NCBI GenBank assembly: GCA_965220965.1 | Contig: OZ244852.1 | Span: 352,001 to 416,000 of the forward strand | DNA: 64,000 nucleotides | Direction: 5' to 3' | Origin: Candidatus Marinacidobacterium sp. | Lineage (GTDB): Bacteria; Acidobacteriota; Vicinamibacteria; Marinacidobacterales; Marinacidobacteraceae | Shown here: piece after piece, positions 9,257-18,893 of the stretch | How the letters are laid out: each line of letters begins with the position of its first letter | Numbering within the stretch: position 1 is the first letter of the stretch | Made by a program: the position numbers and the translations under genes | The notes under the pieces: model-generated | The model's database searches: none | Told to the model about the DNA's origin: nothing | What the model saw: the letters and a program-made list of their open reading frames with translations, nothing else

Positions 9257-10025
9257 GGAAGCCTCCCCAGACGCAGCCCGAGTCGAGCCCCAGGACGCGT
9301 CCCGGGCCGGCGGGCGACGCGGTGAGGCCGAGCGCCGCCCAGTGTCCGAAGAGGACGGTCGTCCCGCGAGGGATGCGGGCGCGCTCGAACCACGGCCGCC
9401 GGCCCGGGGGGAGGTCTTCGGGAGGGCCGCTGAAGCCGTAGTCCGGCTCCCCCGTCCGGTCGACCGCCCGGATGCGGGTCAGGACCGAGGCGTCCGCGAC
9501 GGCGCCGGGTGGCGCTGCTGACCGGTCACCCGATTCCCTGAAGCCCGCCCCGTCGCCCCTCAGCGCGTAGAGCGCTTCCAGAAACAGACGAGGGTCGCGG
9601 CGCAGTGCGGCGGTGGCGTCCGCGGCCCGCCGCTCCGCCTCGGCCACGCTCCACGCCGGGTGGATGCCGGCGTGCGCCAGCAGGTAGTCGCCTTCCCGGG
9701 CGGCGAAGGGCCGCATGGCGAGCCAGTCGCACAGCTCGGCCGCGTCAGGCGCGCTGAGGACGGCGTCCAGGGTGTCCCGTGGGCGGGAGGCGAGGAGGCC
9801 TTCGCGCTGCGCCAGCAGGTGGAGGTCGTGGTTCCCGAGAACGGCGTCCACCGAGTCCCCCTGCTCCAACGCCCAGCGCAGCATGGCGAGCGAATCCGGA
9901 CCCCGGTTCACCAGGTCTCCGAGGAACCGGATCCGGTCCCGTCCGCGCCGGTATCCGATGCGGTCGAGGAGCCGCCGGCATGTGCTAAAACAACCCTGGA
10001 CGTCGCCGACGACCCAGGTTGCCAT
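9183..10025 (-). CDS. apaH: Symmetrical bis(5'-nucleosyl)-tetraphosphatase (Ap4A hydrolase)
   Basis: Metallophosphoesterase motifs VGDVQGC, GDLVNRGPDS, VLGNHD, HAGI, FGHWAALG, LDSGCVWGG. Confidence 0.93.
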   Translation of the reverse strand: MATWVVGDVQGCFSTCRRLLDRIGYRRGRDRIRFLGDLVNRGPDSLAMLRWALEQGDSVDAVLGNHDLHLLAQREGLLASRPRDTLDAVLSAPDAAELCDWLAMRPFAAREGDYLLAHAGIHPAWSVAEAERRAADATAALRRDPRLFLEALYALRGDGAGFRESGDRSAAPPGAVADASVLTRIRAVDRTGEPDYGFSGPPEDLPPGRRPWFERARIPRGTTVLFGHWAALGLTASPAGPGRVLGLDSGCVWGGFLTALRLEDEALAVERATPEQSLRP

Positions 10026-10047
10026 TTCGTCAGCGTACCCCGGAGCC

Positions 10048-11580
10048 CTGCCGACCGAAGCCTCCCCCCCCGACGGCCTCTTCGCCGCCGTGGATCTCGG
10101 TTCGCGCAGCTTCCACCTGACCGTGGCGCGCGTCCACGGCGACAACATCGAGGTCGTGGACCAGCTCCGGGAGCCGGTCCGGCTGGCGGCCGGCCTCCGG
10201 GAGGACGGCGTGGACGCGGCGGTCTGGGGGCGCTGCCGCGAGTCGCTGGCCCGCATCGGAGAGCGGATCCGGGACATCCCTTCCGGTCAGGCGCGGGCCG
10301 TCGGAACGAACGCCTTCCGCCAGTTGGCGAAGCGCCGGCGGGTTCTGGATGAGGCCGCCGCGGCGCTGGGCCAGAGGGTCGAGGTGATCTCCGGTTCCGA
10401 GGAGGCGCGGCTCATCTACCACGGGGTCGACTCGATGCTGCCCCGGACGGAGGAACGTCGGCTGGTGGTGGACATCGGCGGCGGAAGCACCGAGCTCATC
10501 ATCGGGAGCGGCGGCGCGCCGCTGAGGACCCACAGCCTCTACATGGGGTGCGTTTCCTTTACCCGGAAGTTCTTCCCCGGCGGAGCGATCCGTCGCCGGA
10601 ACTTCGCCGCCGCCGAGACCGAGGCCCGACGCGAACTGGAGACGATCGAGGACGGATTCCTGCGCCTGGGCTGGAGCAGCGCCCACGGTTCCTCCGGAAC
10701 GGTCCGGGCGGCGGCGAGACTGCTGCGGCCGCTTGGTGGGCTCACCCGTCCGGGACTCAAGGGGCTGCGGCAACAGATGATCCGGGCCGCCCACATCGAG
10801 GGACTCACCGAGGGGGCTGACCGGATCGCGGACCTCCCGGTGGAGCGGGCCTGGGACTTCCCGGGCGGGGTGGCGATCCTCCGCGCGATCATGAAGGCCC
10901 TCGAGCTTCCGCGCATCGCGCCGGCCGAGGGCGCCCTCCGGGAGGGCGTGCTCCACGACCTGATCGGCCGCCGGCGCCATCAGGACATGCGCGACGCGAC
11001 CATCCGGAACCTGATGGCCCAGTACCGGGTGGACATCGAACAGGCCGTCCGGGTGCGGGAGACGGCGCTCGCCGGCTGGAGCCAGCTCCGCCGCGCCTGG
11101 GGCCTCGAACACGAGACCCTGCCGCGGTTCCTCCGGTGGGCCGCCACCCTCCACGAAATCGGCCTGTCCGTGTCCTTCAGCGGCCACCACCGCCACGGCG
11201 CCTACATCGTCCGCAACTCCGACATGCCCGGCTTCTCGCGGGACGACCAGGAGCTGCTCGCGGTCCTCATCGAGACGCACCGCCAGCGCCTCAGGCCCGG
11301 ACGGTTCGAGGAGGTGACCGCCGCCGATCCGCAGACCGCCGGGCGGCTCGCCGCCATCCTGCGAATCGCCGTCCTGCTCTGCCGGCGCCGCAGCCGCGAG
11401 CTCCTGCCGCCGATTCGCGCGTCCGGAGGCCCCGACGCGCTTGAACTCTCGTTTCCCGGCGGATGGCTGAGCCGGTATCCGCTGACCCGGGCCAACCTGG
11501 AGACGGAAGCGCGCGAACTCCGCTCGCTCGGGATTTCACTCCGGATCCACGAGAACGGGGACGGGGCCGACCCGTCGTGA
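10048..11580 (+). CDS. ppx: Ppx/GppA exopolyphosphatase
   Basis: AVDLGSRSFHL, GTNAFR, SGSEEARL, DIGGGSTE, ALREG and a C-terminal HD-like domain (LHEIG). Start uncertain: CTG 10048 proposed. Confidence 0.88.
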   Translation: MPTEASPPDGLFAAVDLGSRSFHLTVARVHGDNIEVVDQLREPVRLAAGLREDGVDAAVWGRCRESLARIGERIRDIPSGQARAVGTNAFRQLAKRRRVLDEAAAALGQRVEVISGSEEARLIYHGVDSMLPRTEERRLVVDIGGGSTELIIGSGGAPLRTHSLYMGCVSFTRKFFPGGAIRRRNFAAAETEARRELETIEDGFLRLGWSSAHGSSGTVRAAARLLRPLGGLTRPGLKGLRQQMIRAAHIEGLTEGADRIADLPVERAWDFPGGVAILRAIMKALELPRIAPAEGALREGVLHDLIGRRRHQDMRDATIRNLMAQYRVDIEQAVRVRETALAGWSQLRRAWGLEHETLPRFLRWAATLHEIGLSVSFSGHHRHGAYIVRNSDMPGFSRDDQELLAVLIETHRQRLRPGRFEEVTAADPQTAGRLAAILRIAVLLCRRRSRELLPPIRASGGPDALELSFPGGWLSRYPLTRANLETEARELRSLGISLRIHENGDGADPS

Positions 11581-11595
11581 GCCGGCCCCCGCGCG

Positions 11596-12471
11596 TCAGT
11601 CGCGCTTCCTGACCGTCGTCGAGAAGGCGCCCTCTCCGTACTGGAGCCTCAAGGGCTCGCGGGTCTCGAGGTTGTAGCGGTCACCGGGCTGGAGGAAGTA
11701 GAAGCCGCCCCCGTTGGGAAGCACCCGGGTGTTGTCGTAGATAGCGACATATCCTTGACCGATGACCTCGAAGCCGGTCCCGCGCACGACGATGGCGGTG
11801 TCCTCATCGATGCCGATCCCGAGGAGTTCGGGCCTCGCCTCGATGATCTCGAGGAGGTCGAAGTGCCGGTTGCGGACCAGCAGGTGCTGATCGATCGCGA
11901 CTCCCTGGAAGAACGCAAACCCCTCCTCGTGGTCGCCCATCATGATCGTGTTGCCGCTGGTGTCGCCCCGGGCCAGGTACTCGCCCTGGATCGTTGCGCC
12001 GGCGGACGAGCCGCCGATGACCCCGCCGCGCTCCAGCAGCGCGTGCAGCTCACGCTCGGTCCGGGTGTCGGCATAGGCGTCCACCAGCCGCCACTGCCGC
12101 CCGCCCGGAAACCAGACGCCGCGCGCGCGTCGGATCGGAGCCACGAACTCCTCGGTCTCGGCCTCCTCGCGCTCCCAGGTGTGGAGCACGGTGATGTCCG
12201 TTGCGCCCAGCGCCCGGAACCTGCGGGCCCCGGCGTACCACTCGTCGTAGTCTTCGCCGCCGCCGGCGGTGGGGATGATGACGATCGGGGCGTCGGGGCC
12301 ACCCGCAAGGTCGAGGAAGCGTTCGAGAATCGCCTCGTCGCGGAGCGCCCCGCCGACGACCACCAGGGCGCCGCGATCGGGACCCCGCTGCGGGAAGGGC
12401 TGGGCCGAAGCGGCCGGGGCGAAGAGGGCCGTCGACAGGACGAGCGGAACAAACGCGGATCGGGGTCGCAT
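11596..12471 (-). CDS. Cyanophycinase-like S51 serine peptidase with signal peptide
   Basis: LVVVGG, GGRQWRL, nucleophile GGSSAGA, IDQH, GIGIDEDTA. Signal peptide ends ASA-Q. RBS GGAGGA. Confidence 0.85.
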   Translation of the reverse strand: MRPRSAFVPLVLSTALFAPAASAQPFPQRGPDRGALVVVGGALRDEAILERFLDLAGGPDAPIVIIPTAGGGEDYDEWYAGARRFRALGATDITVLHTWEREEAETEEFVAPIRRARGVWFPGGRQWRLVDAYADTRTERELHALLERGGVIGGSSAGATIQGEYLARGDTSGNTIMMGDHEEGFAFFQGVAIDQHLLVRNRHFDLLEIIEARPELLGIGIDEDTAIVVRGTGFEVIGQGYVAIYDNTRVLPNGGGFYFLQPGDRYNLETREPLRLQYGEGAFSTTVRKRD

Positions 12472-12533
12472 GCTGGATCCTCCGGAGGAAAGCGAGCCGG
12501 GACCCCCCAATTCTGTGCGAACGCGCTCGTGAC

Positions 12534-14477
12534 GTGACCGGGACCATCTCCCCGGAGTCGCCGGCGCTGCGGGACATCGTGGTCGGGACCGCGGGACACA
12601 TCGATCACGGCAAGAGCTCCCTGGTGCGGGCGCTCACCGGGACGGACCCGGACCGGCTCAAGGAGGAGAAGGCCCGGGGGATCACCGTGGACCTGGGCTT
12701 CGCGCACCTGGAGCGGGACGGCGTCCGCTACGGCTTCGTCGATGTGCCCGGACACGAACGGTTCGTGCGGAACATGCTGGCGGGGGCCGCCGGCTTCGAT
12801 GCGGTGCTGCTCGTCGTCGCCGCCGACGAATCGGTCATGCCCCAGACGCGCGAGCACGTCGAGATCTGTCGTTTGCTCGGCGTCCGGACCGCGGTGGTGG
12901 CGCTGACCCGGGTGGATCTGGTGGACGACCCCGACATCCGCGAGCTGGCCGCCCTCGAGACCCGCGAACTGCTCCAGGGAACCCCCATGGAGGAGGCTCC
13001 GCTCGTGCCGGTCTCCTCGGTGACCGGGGAGGGGCTTCCCGAGCTCATCGGGGAGCTCGCGCGCGCGGCCTCCGCCGTTCCGCCGCGGGGCGCCGACGGG
13101 CCGTTCCGCCTCCCGGTGGACCGGGCGTTCTCGATGCGCGGGTTCGGCGCGGTCGTGACCGGCGCGCTGTCCTCCGGGCGGGTCGCCGTGGGGGACGAGG
13201 TCGAGGTGCTTCCGGCGGGGGAACGGGTCCGCGTGCGGGGACTCCAGGTCCATGGACGGGCGGCGGAGTCGGCGGCGGCCGGCCGGAGAACGGCGCTGAA
13301 CCTCTCGGGCGGCGGGCGACTCGGGATCGGACGCGGCTCGGTGGTCGCCGCTCCCGGCGCGTTCGCGCCGGCCCGCATGCTGGACGCCTCGCTGGAGGTG
13401 GTCTCCTGGGCGAACGGACCCCTCGTCGACGAGGAGCGGGTTCACCTCCACCTGGGGACCGCGGTGGCGCTGGCCCGGGTTCGTCTGCTGGGAGGCGCCG
13501 ACGCTCTCGCGCCCGGAGACTCCGCCTTCGCGCAGCTCCGTCTCGAGACGCCGCTCGTCGGCGCCCGGGGCGACCGGTTCATCGTCCGGCGCTATTCGCC
13601 GGTCATCACGATCGGCGGGGGCATGGTGCTCGACGCCCATCCTCCGAAGCGTTCCCCGCGAAGCGCGGCCGCGCTGGCCCGGGTCGCCGCCTTGGCCGAC
13701 GCCGACGAAGCGGGCGCGGCGCTCGCCTTTCTCGAGGAGTCCGGTCCGGCGGGTCTGTCGCCGGAGAGCCTCGCCCGAAGGCTCGGCCTGGGGTCGGACG
13801 AGACCGCCCGGGTCGGCGAGGCGCTGGTGGGGGAAGGGAAGGCCCTCCGGGCGCCAGGCGGACTCCTGCTCGCCGGGTCGAGTGTCCAGAGGCTCGAAGC
13901 CCGGATGCTTCGGCGCATTTCAGCGTGGGAATCCAGGAACCGCCTTCGGCCCGGAATGCCGGTGGAGCAGTTGCGGAGGGAGATCGGCGCTCCGGTCGTC
14001 GTTTCCGACGCGGTGCTGGCCCGCCTCGCCGGCGAGAACGCGGTGGAACTCGACCGCGACACCGTGAACAGCGCGGGCCGCGCCGTGGAGCTGACGCCGC
14101 GCGAACAGGAGGTGTCCGACGGCGTGGCGCGGATCCTCGCGGAATCCGGCTACCGGCCGCCGACCGTGACCGAGCTGTCCCGGGAGCTTGGCGCCCCCGT
14201 CGAACTGGTGGATGCGCTCCGCCGCCTGCTGGCCCGCGAGCGCCGGGTGGTGCTCGTCACGCCCGAGCTCGCCTTCGATGCCGAACGTCTTGTCGAATTG
14301 CGCCGGATGGTCCTGGTGCAGGCCACGGTGCGTCCCGAGATGGACGTGGCCTGGTTCAAGGAGCACCTGAACCTGAGCCGCAAACACGCGATCCCGCTGC
14401 TCGAGTGGCTGGACCGCGAGCGGGTCACGATCCGCGTCGGGAACGTGCGAAGAGTGCGAGCCTCCGTCCGCGCATGA
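12534..14477 (+). CDS. selB: Selenocysteine-specific elongation factor SelB
   Basis: [43 protein letters not shown], and C-terminal winged helix [14 protein letters not shown]. Confidence 0.95.
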   Translation: MTGTISPESPALRDIVVGTAGHIDHGKSSLVRALTGTDPDRLKEEKARGITVDLGFAHLERDGVRYGFVDVPGHERFVRNMLAGAAGFDAVLLVVAADESVMPQTREHVEICRLLGVRTAVVALTRVDLVDDPDIRELAALETRELLQGTPMEEAPLVPVSSVTGEGLPELIGELARAASAVPPRGADGPFRLPVDRAFSMRGFGAVVTGALSSGRVAVGDEVEVLPAGERVRVRGLQVHGRAAESAAAGRRTALNLSGGGRLGIGRGSVVAAPGAFAPARMLDASLEVVSWANGPLVDEERVHLHLGTAVALARVRLLGGADALAPGDSAFAQLRLETPLVGARGDRFIVRRYSPVITIGGGMVLDAHPPKRSPRSAAALARVAALADADEAGAALAFLEESGPAGLSPESLARRLGLGSDETARVGEALVGEGKALRAPGGLLLAGSSVQRLEARMLRRISAWESRNRLRPGMPVEQLRREIGAPVVVSDAVLARLAGENAVELDRDTVNSAGRAVELTPREQEVSDGVARILAESGYRPPTVTELSRELGAPVELVDALRRLLARERRVVLVTPELAFDAERLVELRRMVLVQATVRPEMDVAWFKEHLNLSRKHAIPLLEWLDRERVTIRVGNVRRVRASVRA

Positions 14478-14527
14478 ACCCACGCGTTGCGCGGGAAGGG
14501 CCGCCTTAACGACCGACGGCGCACCGC

Positions 14528-15193
14528 TTACACGTCCCCTCGCGGCCCCTCCCGCGCCACGCCTGGCCCCCCGGACCGTGAGCCGGCGAGCGGTCGGGGC
14601 CTGACGGTCCGGGGCGCGGAACCGGGCGCGCCGAGGCCACACGGTCGCCGGTAGACCCGGGCGGTCGCGCAGATACCGGACCTCCAGGCGTCGTAGGCGG
14701 CCGGGTCGGACGCCGCACGGAATCCGCATCGCGTCAGGACGCGAACCGAGGCCGCGTTCTCCGGCAGGACGAGCGCGAAGACCTCGTGGGCCCCGAGCCC
14801 GCTCGCCGCGAAGGGAAGCGCCGCCCGGACCGCTTCCGTCGCATAGCCGCGTCCCCAGGCCCCCCGGGCGAGGACGTAACCCACCTCGACCCGCTGCGGC
14901 GCGCGCGCGTGGATTCCGAGTCCGCCGCAGACCCGGCCGCTGCTTCGCTCGACCACGGCGAGGTCGAAGTGGTTCGAGCCGGGAGCCCGGCCCCGGCGGA
15001 TCGCCCCGCGCAGGAACGCGAGCGTTTCCTCCTCGCGGTTGGGACCCCACCGGAGGAAGCGGGTGACCTGCGGGTCCGCGGCGTACTCCTGCACATCGGG
15101 CAGATCCGAGAGCCGGAACAGCCGGAGCAACAGCCGTTCGGATTCGATCGGCCGGAACGCCGGCGGCGTCCGGCGGAACGAGGTTTCAGCCAC
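14528..15193 (-). CDS. GNAT acetyltransferase (RimJ/RimL family)
   Basis: ESERLLLR, EVGY..AWGRGYATEA, ENAASVRVLTRCGF. Confidence 0.85.
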   Translation of the reverse strand: MAETSFRRTPPAFRPIESERLLLRLFRLSDLPDVQEYAADPQVTRFLRWGPNREEETLAFLRGAIRRGRAPGSNHFDLAVVERSSGRVCGGLGIHARAPQRVEVGYVLARGAWGRGYATEAVRAALPFAASGLGAHEVFALVLPENAASVRVLTRCGFRAASDPAAYDAWRSGICATARVYRRPCGLGAPGSAPRTVRPRPLAGSRSGGPGVAREGPRGDV

Positions 15194-15641
15194 CGGCGGC
15201 TTCGGCCACCCGCTTCAGGTCCGCGAGGTCGGCCTCGAGCGCCTTCCGGACCCCCGACACCATGACCCGGCCGAGCAGAAGGGACATCACCCGGGCGGCG
15301 AGGGTCGTCGGGCGGGCGGTGAATTCGAGCGTCACCCGCGTCCCGTCGCCGTCGGGGAGAAAACGGAACGTCGAGACGTACCGCGCGCCGTGGGAGTCCG
15401 CCTCCACGGTGAACGAATGCGGAGGCTCGAACCCGGAGATCCACATCTCTTCGGTTGCCGATCGCCCGTAGAGGGTCCGCGTCTCTCTCCAGCGGGTCCC
15501 CGGCCCGACATCTCCGTCCGTCAGGATCTCGACCCCGTCGATGCCCGACATGTTGTCGGCATAGCCGGCCACATCGCTCGAAATGGCGAACACCCGCTCG
15601 ACCGGCGCCGCGATCCGGGCCTCGACGTGTGCGGCGGGCAT
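15186..15641 (-). CDS. SRPBCC/START-like protein
   Basis: IAAPVERVF...GTRWRETR...DLADLKRVAE pattern. Confidence 0.8.
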   Translation of the reverse strand: MPAAHVEARIAAPVERVFAISSDVAGYADNMSGIDGVEILTDGDVGPGTRWRETRTLYGRSATEEMWISGFEPPHSFTVEADSHGARYVSTFRFLPDGDGTRVTLEFTARPTTLAARVMSLLLGRVMVSGVRKALEADLADLKRVAEAAGG

Positions 15642-15718
15642 CGCGCGAAGTGTAGGCCCGGAACCGTCAGCCGGCCGCGAACCGCCCCTCCCGCCGAAGC
15701 CCGCCTATCATCGGGGGG

Positions 15719-17113
15719 ATGCGATTCTTCTTCCGCGCGGGGCGCGGAGTGCTCGTCCCGCTGGCGTTGCTGGGTCTCGCGGCCTGCCGCGGGGAGGATC
15801 CGGCAAGCACGGAACACCCCCTCGCCCCCGGGGTTCGCGCGCTCGCGCAGGCGGCGCTCGCCGAGCATCCCTCGCCGGGCGTCTCGGTGGCGGTCGAACT
15901 CGGGGACGAACTGATCTTCGCCGGCGGGTTCGGTTACGCCGACCTCGAGAACGACGTTCCGGCGACGGTCGACACCGTCTACCGCATCGGGTCGGTGACG
16001 AAACAGTTCACCGCCGCCGCGATCATGCTGCTGGTGGAGGACGGGGACCTCGATCTCGAGACCGATCTGCGGGAGCTGCTCCCCGACTACGACACGCACG
16101 GCTTCCGGATTCCGGTGGAGCGGCTCCTCAACCACACCTCCGGCATCAAGGGCTACACCGAGATGGAGGAGTTCTGGTCCCGCGCCCGGCTGGACCTCGG
16201 CCACGACGCGATGCTCGAACTCTTCGGCTCGGAACCGTTCGAGTTCGAGCCGGGGGACCGGTATCAGTACAACAACTCCGGGTTCTACCTGCTGGGCGTC
16301 CTGATCGAGCGGTTGAGCGGAAGCGCGTACTCCGCCTTCCTCGAGGAGCGGCTGTTCCGGCCGCTGGGACTCGAGCGGACGCACTACCTCGACAACGATC
16401 CGATCGTCCCCGGCCGGGCCGAGGGGTACGAAACAACCCCCGACGGCGGGTTTCGCAACGACGACCCGCTCAGCATGCGGCTCCCCTACGCCGCCGGCTC
16501 GCTGGGATCGAGCGTCCTCGACCTCCTGAAGTGGCAGCGGGCTCTCGTCGGGGCGGAGGCGGTCGGGGCCGCCAGCCACCAGCGGATGGTCACCGCCGGG
16601 ACCCTGGTCTCGGGGGAGCCCGTTCCCTACGGCTACGGGCTCGCGCTCGGTGAAGCCCACGGACAGCGACGGATCTCCCACGGGGGCGGCATCAACGGGT
16701 TCCGGGCCCAACTGAGCTGGTATCCGGAGCCGCGGCTCGGAATCGCGGTGCTCATGAACGCCGGTTCGGGCCGCCCGGGGCTGCTCGAGAACCGGATCGC
16801 CCGCCACGCGCTGGGCATGGAGCAGCCCCGCATCGAAGAGATTCCCCGGACTCCGGAAGACCTCGAGCCGCTCGCCGGAACCTACGATCCGGGACGCTCG
16901 CCGATCGGGGTGCGCCTGGAGGACGGGTCCCTCAGGGGGCTCGGCCGTCGGCTGATCCCGGTGGCGGGTGGAGTCTTCCATCCCGACGGAGATCCCTTCA
17001 CCGAGGTCCGGTTCGATCCTCCCGGAGCGCCCGGGGAGCCGGCCCCGGGACTCACCGTGACGAGTGGAGGAAACACGACCCGGTACCGGCGGATACCGGA
17101 GTCCGGATCCTGA
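15719..17113 (+). CDS. Serine hydrolase, beta-lactamase class C/PBP-like lipoprotein
   Basis: Lipobox LAAC, SVTK (SxxK), LLNHTSG, YNN, HGG. Confidence 0.88.
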   Translation: MRFFFRAGRGVLVPLALLGLAACRGEDPASTEHPLAPGVRALAQAALAEHPSPGVSVAVELGDELIFAGGFGYADLENDVPATVDTVYRIGSVTKQFTAAAIMLLVEDGDLDLETDLRELLPDYDTHGFRIPVERLLNHTSGIKGYTEMEEFWSRARLDLGHDAMLELFGSEPFEFEPGDRYQYNNSGFYLLGVLIERLSGSAYSAFLEERLFRPLGLERTHYLDNDPIVPGRAEGYETTPDGGFRNDDPLSMRLPYAAGSLGSSVLDLLKWQRALVGAEAVGAASHQRMVTAGTLVSGEPVPYGYGLALGEAHGQRRISHGGGINGFRAQLSWYPEPRLGIAVLMNAGSGRPGLLENRIARHALGMEQPRIEEIPRTPEDLEPLAGTYDPGRSPIGVRLEDGSLRGLGRRLIPVAGGVFHPDGDPFTEVRFDPPGAPGEPAPGLTVTSGGNTTRYRRIPESGS

Positions 17114-17162
17114 GAGACTGGCCGGCGCGGGCCGGCGGGCTGCTGCCAGCCGCTACGAGCCG

Positions 17163-17636
17163 CTACGAATTGCGGCAGTCGGAGCAGATGCCGTAGAGCT
17201 GATGCCGGTGCCAGACGAGCCGGTAGCCGTGCGCGGCGGCCGCCTGTTCCTGGAGCCTCTCGACTTCCTCCGAGACGAACTCGTCGATCCGCCCGCAGCG
17301 GGTGCAGATCAGATGGTCGTGGTGATCCCGCGAAAGCGCCGGCTCGAAGCGCGTCAGGCCGTCCTTCAGGTCGATGGAGGATGCAATCCCGGCGTCGCAG
17401 AACAGCCGCAGCGCCCGATACACCGTCGTTCGCCCGATGGCCTGGTCGGCGGCGCGCACCCGCTCGTGCACGTCGTCGGCGGAGACGTGCCCGCCCATCG
17501 CCAGAAACTCGTCCAGAATCAGTTCGCGCTGACGCGACTTCTTCAGCCCCCGCTCGCGGATGTACTCGACGAGACGGGCGGTCGCTTCCGAGCGGACCTG
17601 CCTCGCGGGGGGCGGCGCCGCAGTGAAATCCGTCAA
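17163..17636 (-). CDS. Fur-family transcriptional regulator
   Basis: GRTTVYRAL, HHDHLICTRCG, GICSDC. Confidence 0.9.
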   Translation of the reverse strand: MTDFTAAPPPARQVRSEATARLVEYIRERGLKKSRQRELILDEFLAMGGHVSADDVHERVRAADQAIGRTTVYRALRLFCDAGIASSIDLKDGLTRFEPALSRDHHDHLICTRCGRIDEFVSEEVERLQEQAAAAHGYRLVWHRHQLYGICSDCRNS

Positions 17637-17711
17637 GGGGAACAGGCCCCTTCAAGGGTACTGCCTCTCCGGCGCCGCGCTGGCCAGCCCGCCTCTACAA
17701 TCCGCCGCCCC

Positions 17712-18875
17712 GTGCGCGTCCTGTATCTCGACTTCTCCTCGGGGGTCTCCGGCGACATGCTCCTGGGGGCGCTTCGGGATGTCGGGACGCCCGCCAGCGT
17801 CTTCGAGGACACCCAGCGTTCGCTGGGGGCCGCCGGAGCGCTCTCGTTTCGCGAGGCCTCGAGGGGCGGGATTCGCGGGCTGCGGGCCGAGGTGGCCGTG
17901 GATGAAGCCGCCCCGACCCGCTACCTCGGTGAGTTTCTCGAGATCCTGCACCGGAGCGGGCTGGACCAGGGCCTGCGCGACCGGTCCGCTCAGCTTCTCC
18001 GGCGCATCTTCGAGGCCGAGGGTCAGGTTCACGGCCGTGATGCCGAGACAGTGCACCTCCACGAACTCGGCTCGGTCGACACGCTGGTGGACATCGTGGG
18101 GGTGACGGCGGCGCTCGCCTGGCTGGCCCCCGATCGGGTCGTCGGCTCTCCGGTGAACGTCGGAAGCGGGTCCGTCGACGCCGAACACGGGACGCTCGAG
18201 ATCCCGGCGCCGGCGACCGGCATCCTGCTCCGCGGCGTCCCCACGTTCTCGGACGGCTCCGGGTTCGAGCGGACCACGCCGACCGGAGCGGCGCTCACCG
18301 CGCTCTGCGACTCCTTCGATGGCTGGCCGGCGTTCCGTCCGGAGCAGATCGGGTACGGGCTCGGCCACGCCGACCCGCGCCGTGGACGACCGAATGCGCT
18401 GCGCGCCGTCCTCGGCGCCGCGTCGCCGGGGACCGAAGGGCGCGTCGTTCTTGTCGAGGCGACCCTCGACGACATGCAGCCCGAGCTCATCCCCCCGCTG
18501 CTCGAACGGCTCCTCGCGGAGGGGGCGACCGATGCGTGGTTCACCCCGGTGGTCATGAAGAAGGGCCGCCCGGGCTTCACCCTGACCGCGCTTGCCGAAC
18601 CGGCTGCGCGGGACCGGGTGATCTCGCTGTTCTTCACCGAGAGCTCGACGCTAGGCGTGCGGATCCGGGAGGCGGAACGGCAGACCCTGGAGCGGCGGAC
18701 CGTGCGCGTGACGACGCCGTTTGGAGACGTGGGCGTGAAGCTCGGTTTCTCCGGAGGGCGGGTCGTTAACCGGGCCCCCGAGTTCGAGGATTGCCGCCGG
18801 CTCGCCGCCGCGACCGGAACGCCGCTCAAGGACGTCTACCGGGAGGCGCTCGCGGCCGCCCCGCCGGCCACCTGA
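17712..18875 (+). CDS. larC: Nickel-pincer cofactor nickel insertase LarC
   Basis: SGVSGDMLLGAL, VHLHELGSVD, PAPAT, TPTGAA, MKKGRPG, PEFEDC. Start GTG 17712. Confidence 0.9.
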   Translation: MRVLYLDFSSGVSGDMLLGALRDVGTPASVFEDTQRSLGAAGALSFREASRGGIRGLRAEVAVDEAAPTRYLGEFLEILHRSGLDQGLRDRSAQLLRRIFEAEGQVHGRDAETVHLHELGSVDTLVDIVGVTAALAWLAPDRVVGSPVNVGSGSVDAEHGTLEIPAPATGILLRGVPTFSDGSGFERTTPTGAALTALCDSFDGWPAFRPEQIGYGLGHADPRRGRPNALRAVLGAASPGTEGRVVLVEATLDDMQPELIPPLLERLLAEGATDAWFTPVVMKKGRPGFTLTALAEPAARDRVISLFFTESSTLGVRIREAERQTLERRTVRVTTPFGDVGVKLGFSGGRVVNRAPEFEDCRRLAAATGTPLKDVYREALAAAPPAT

Positions 18876-18893
18876 TCGTCCGGCGGGAAACCC

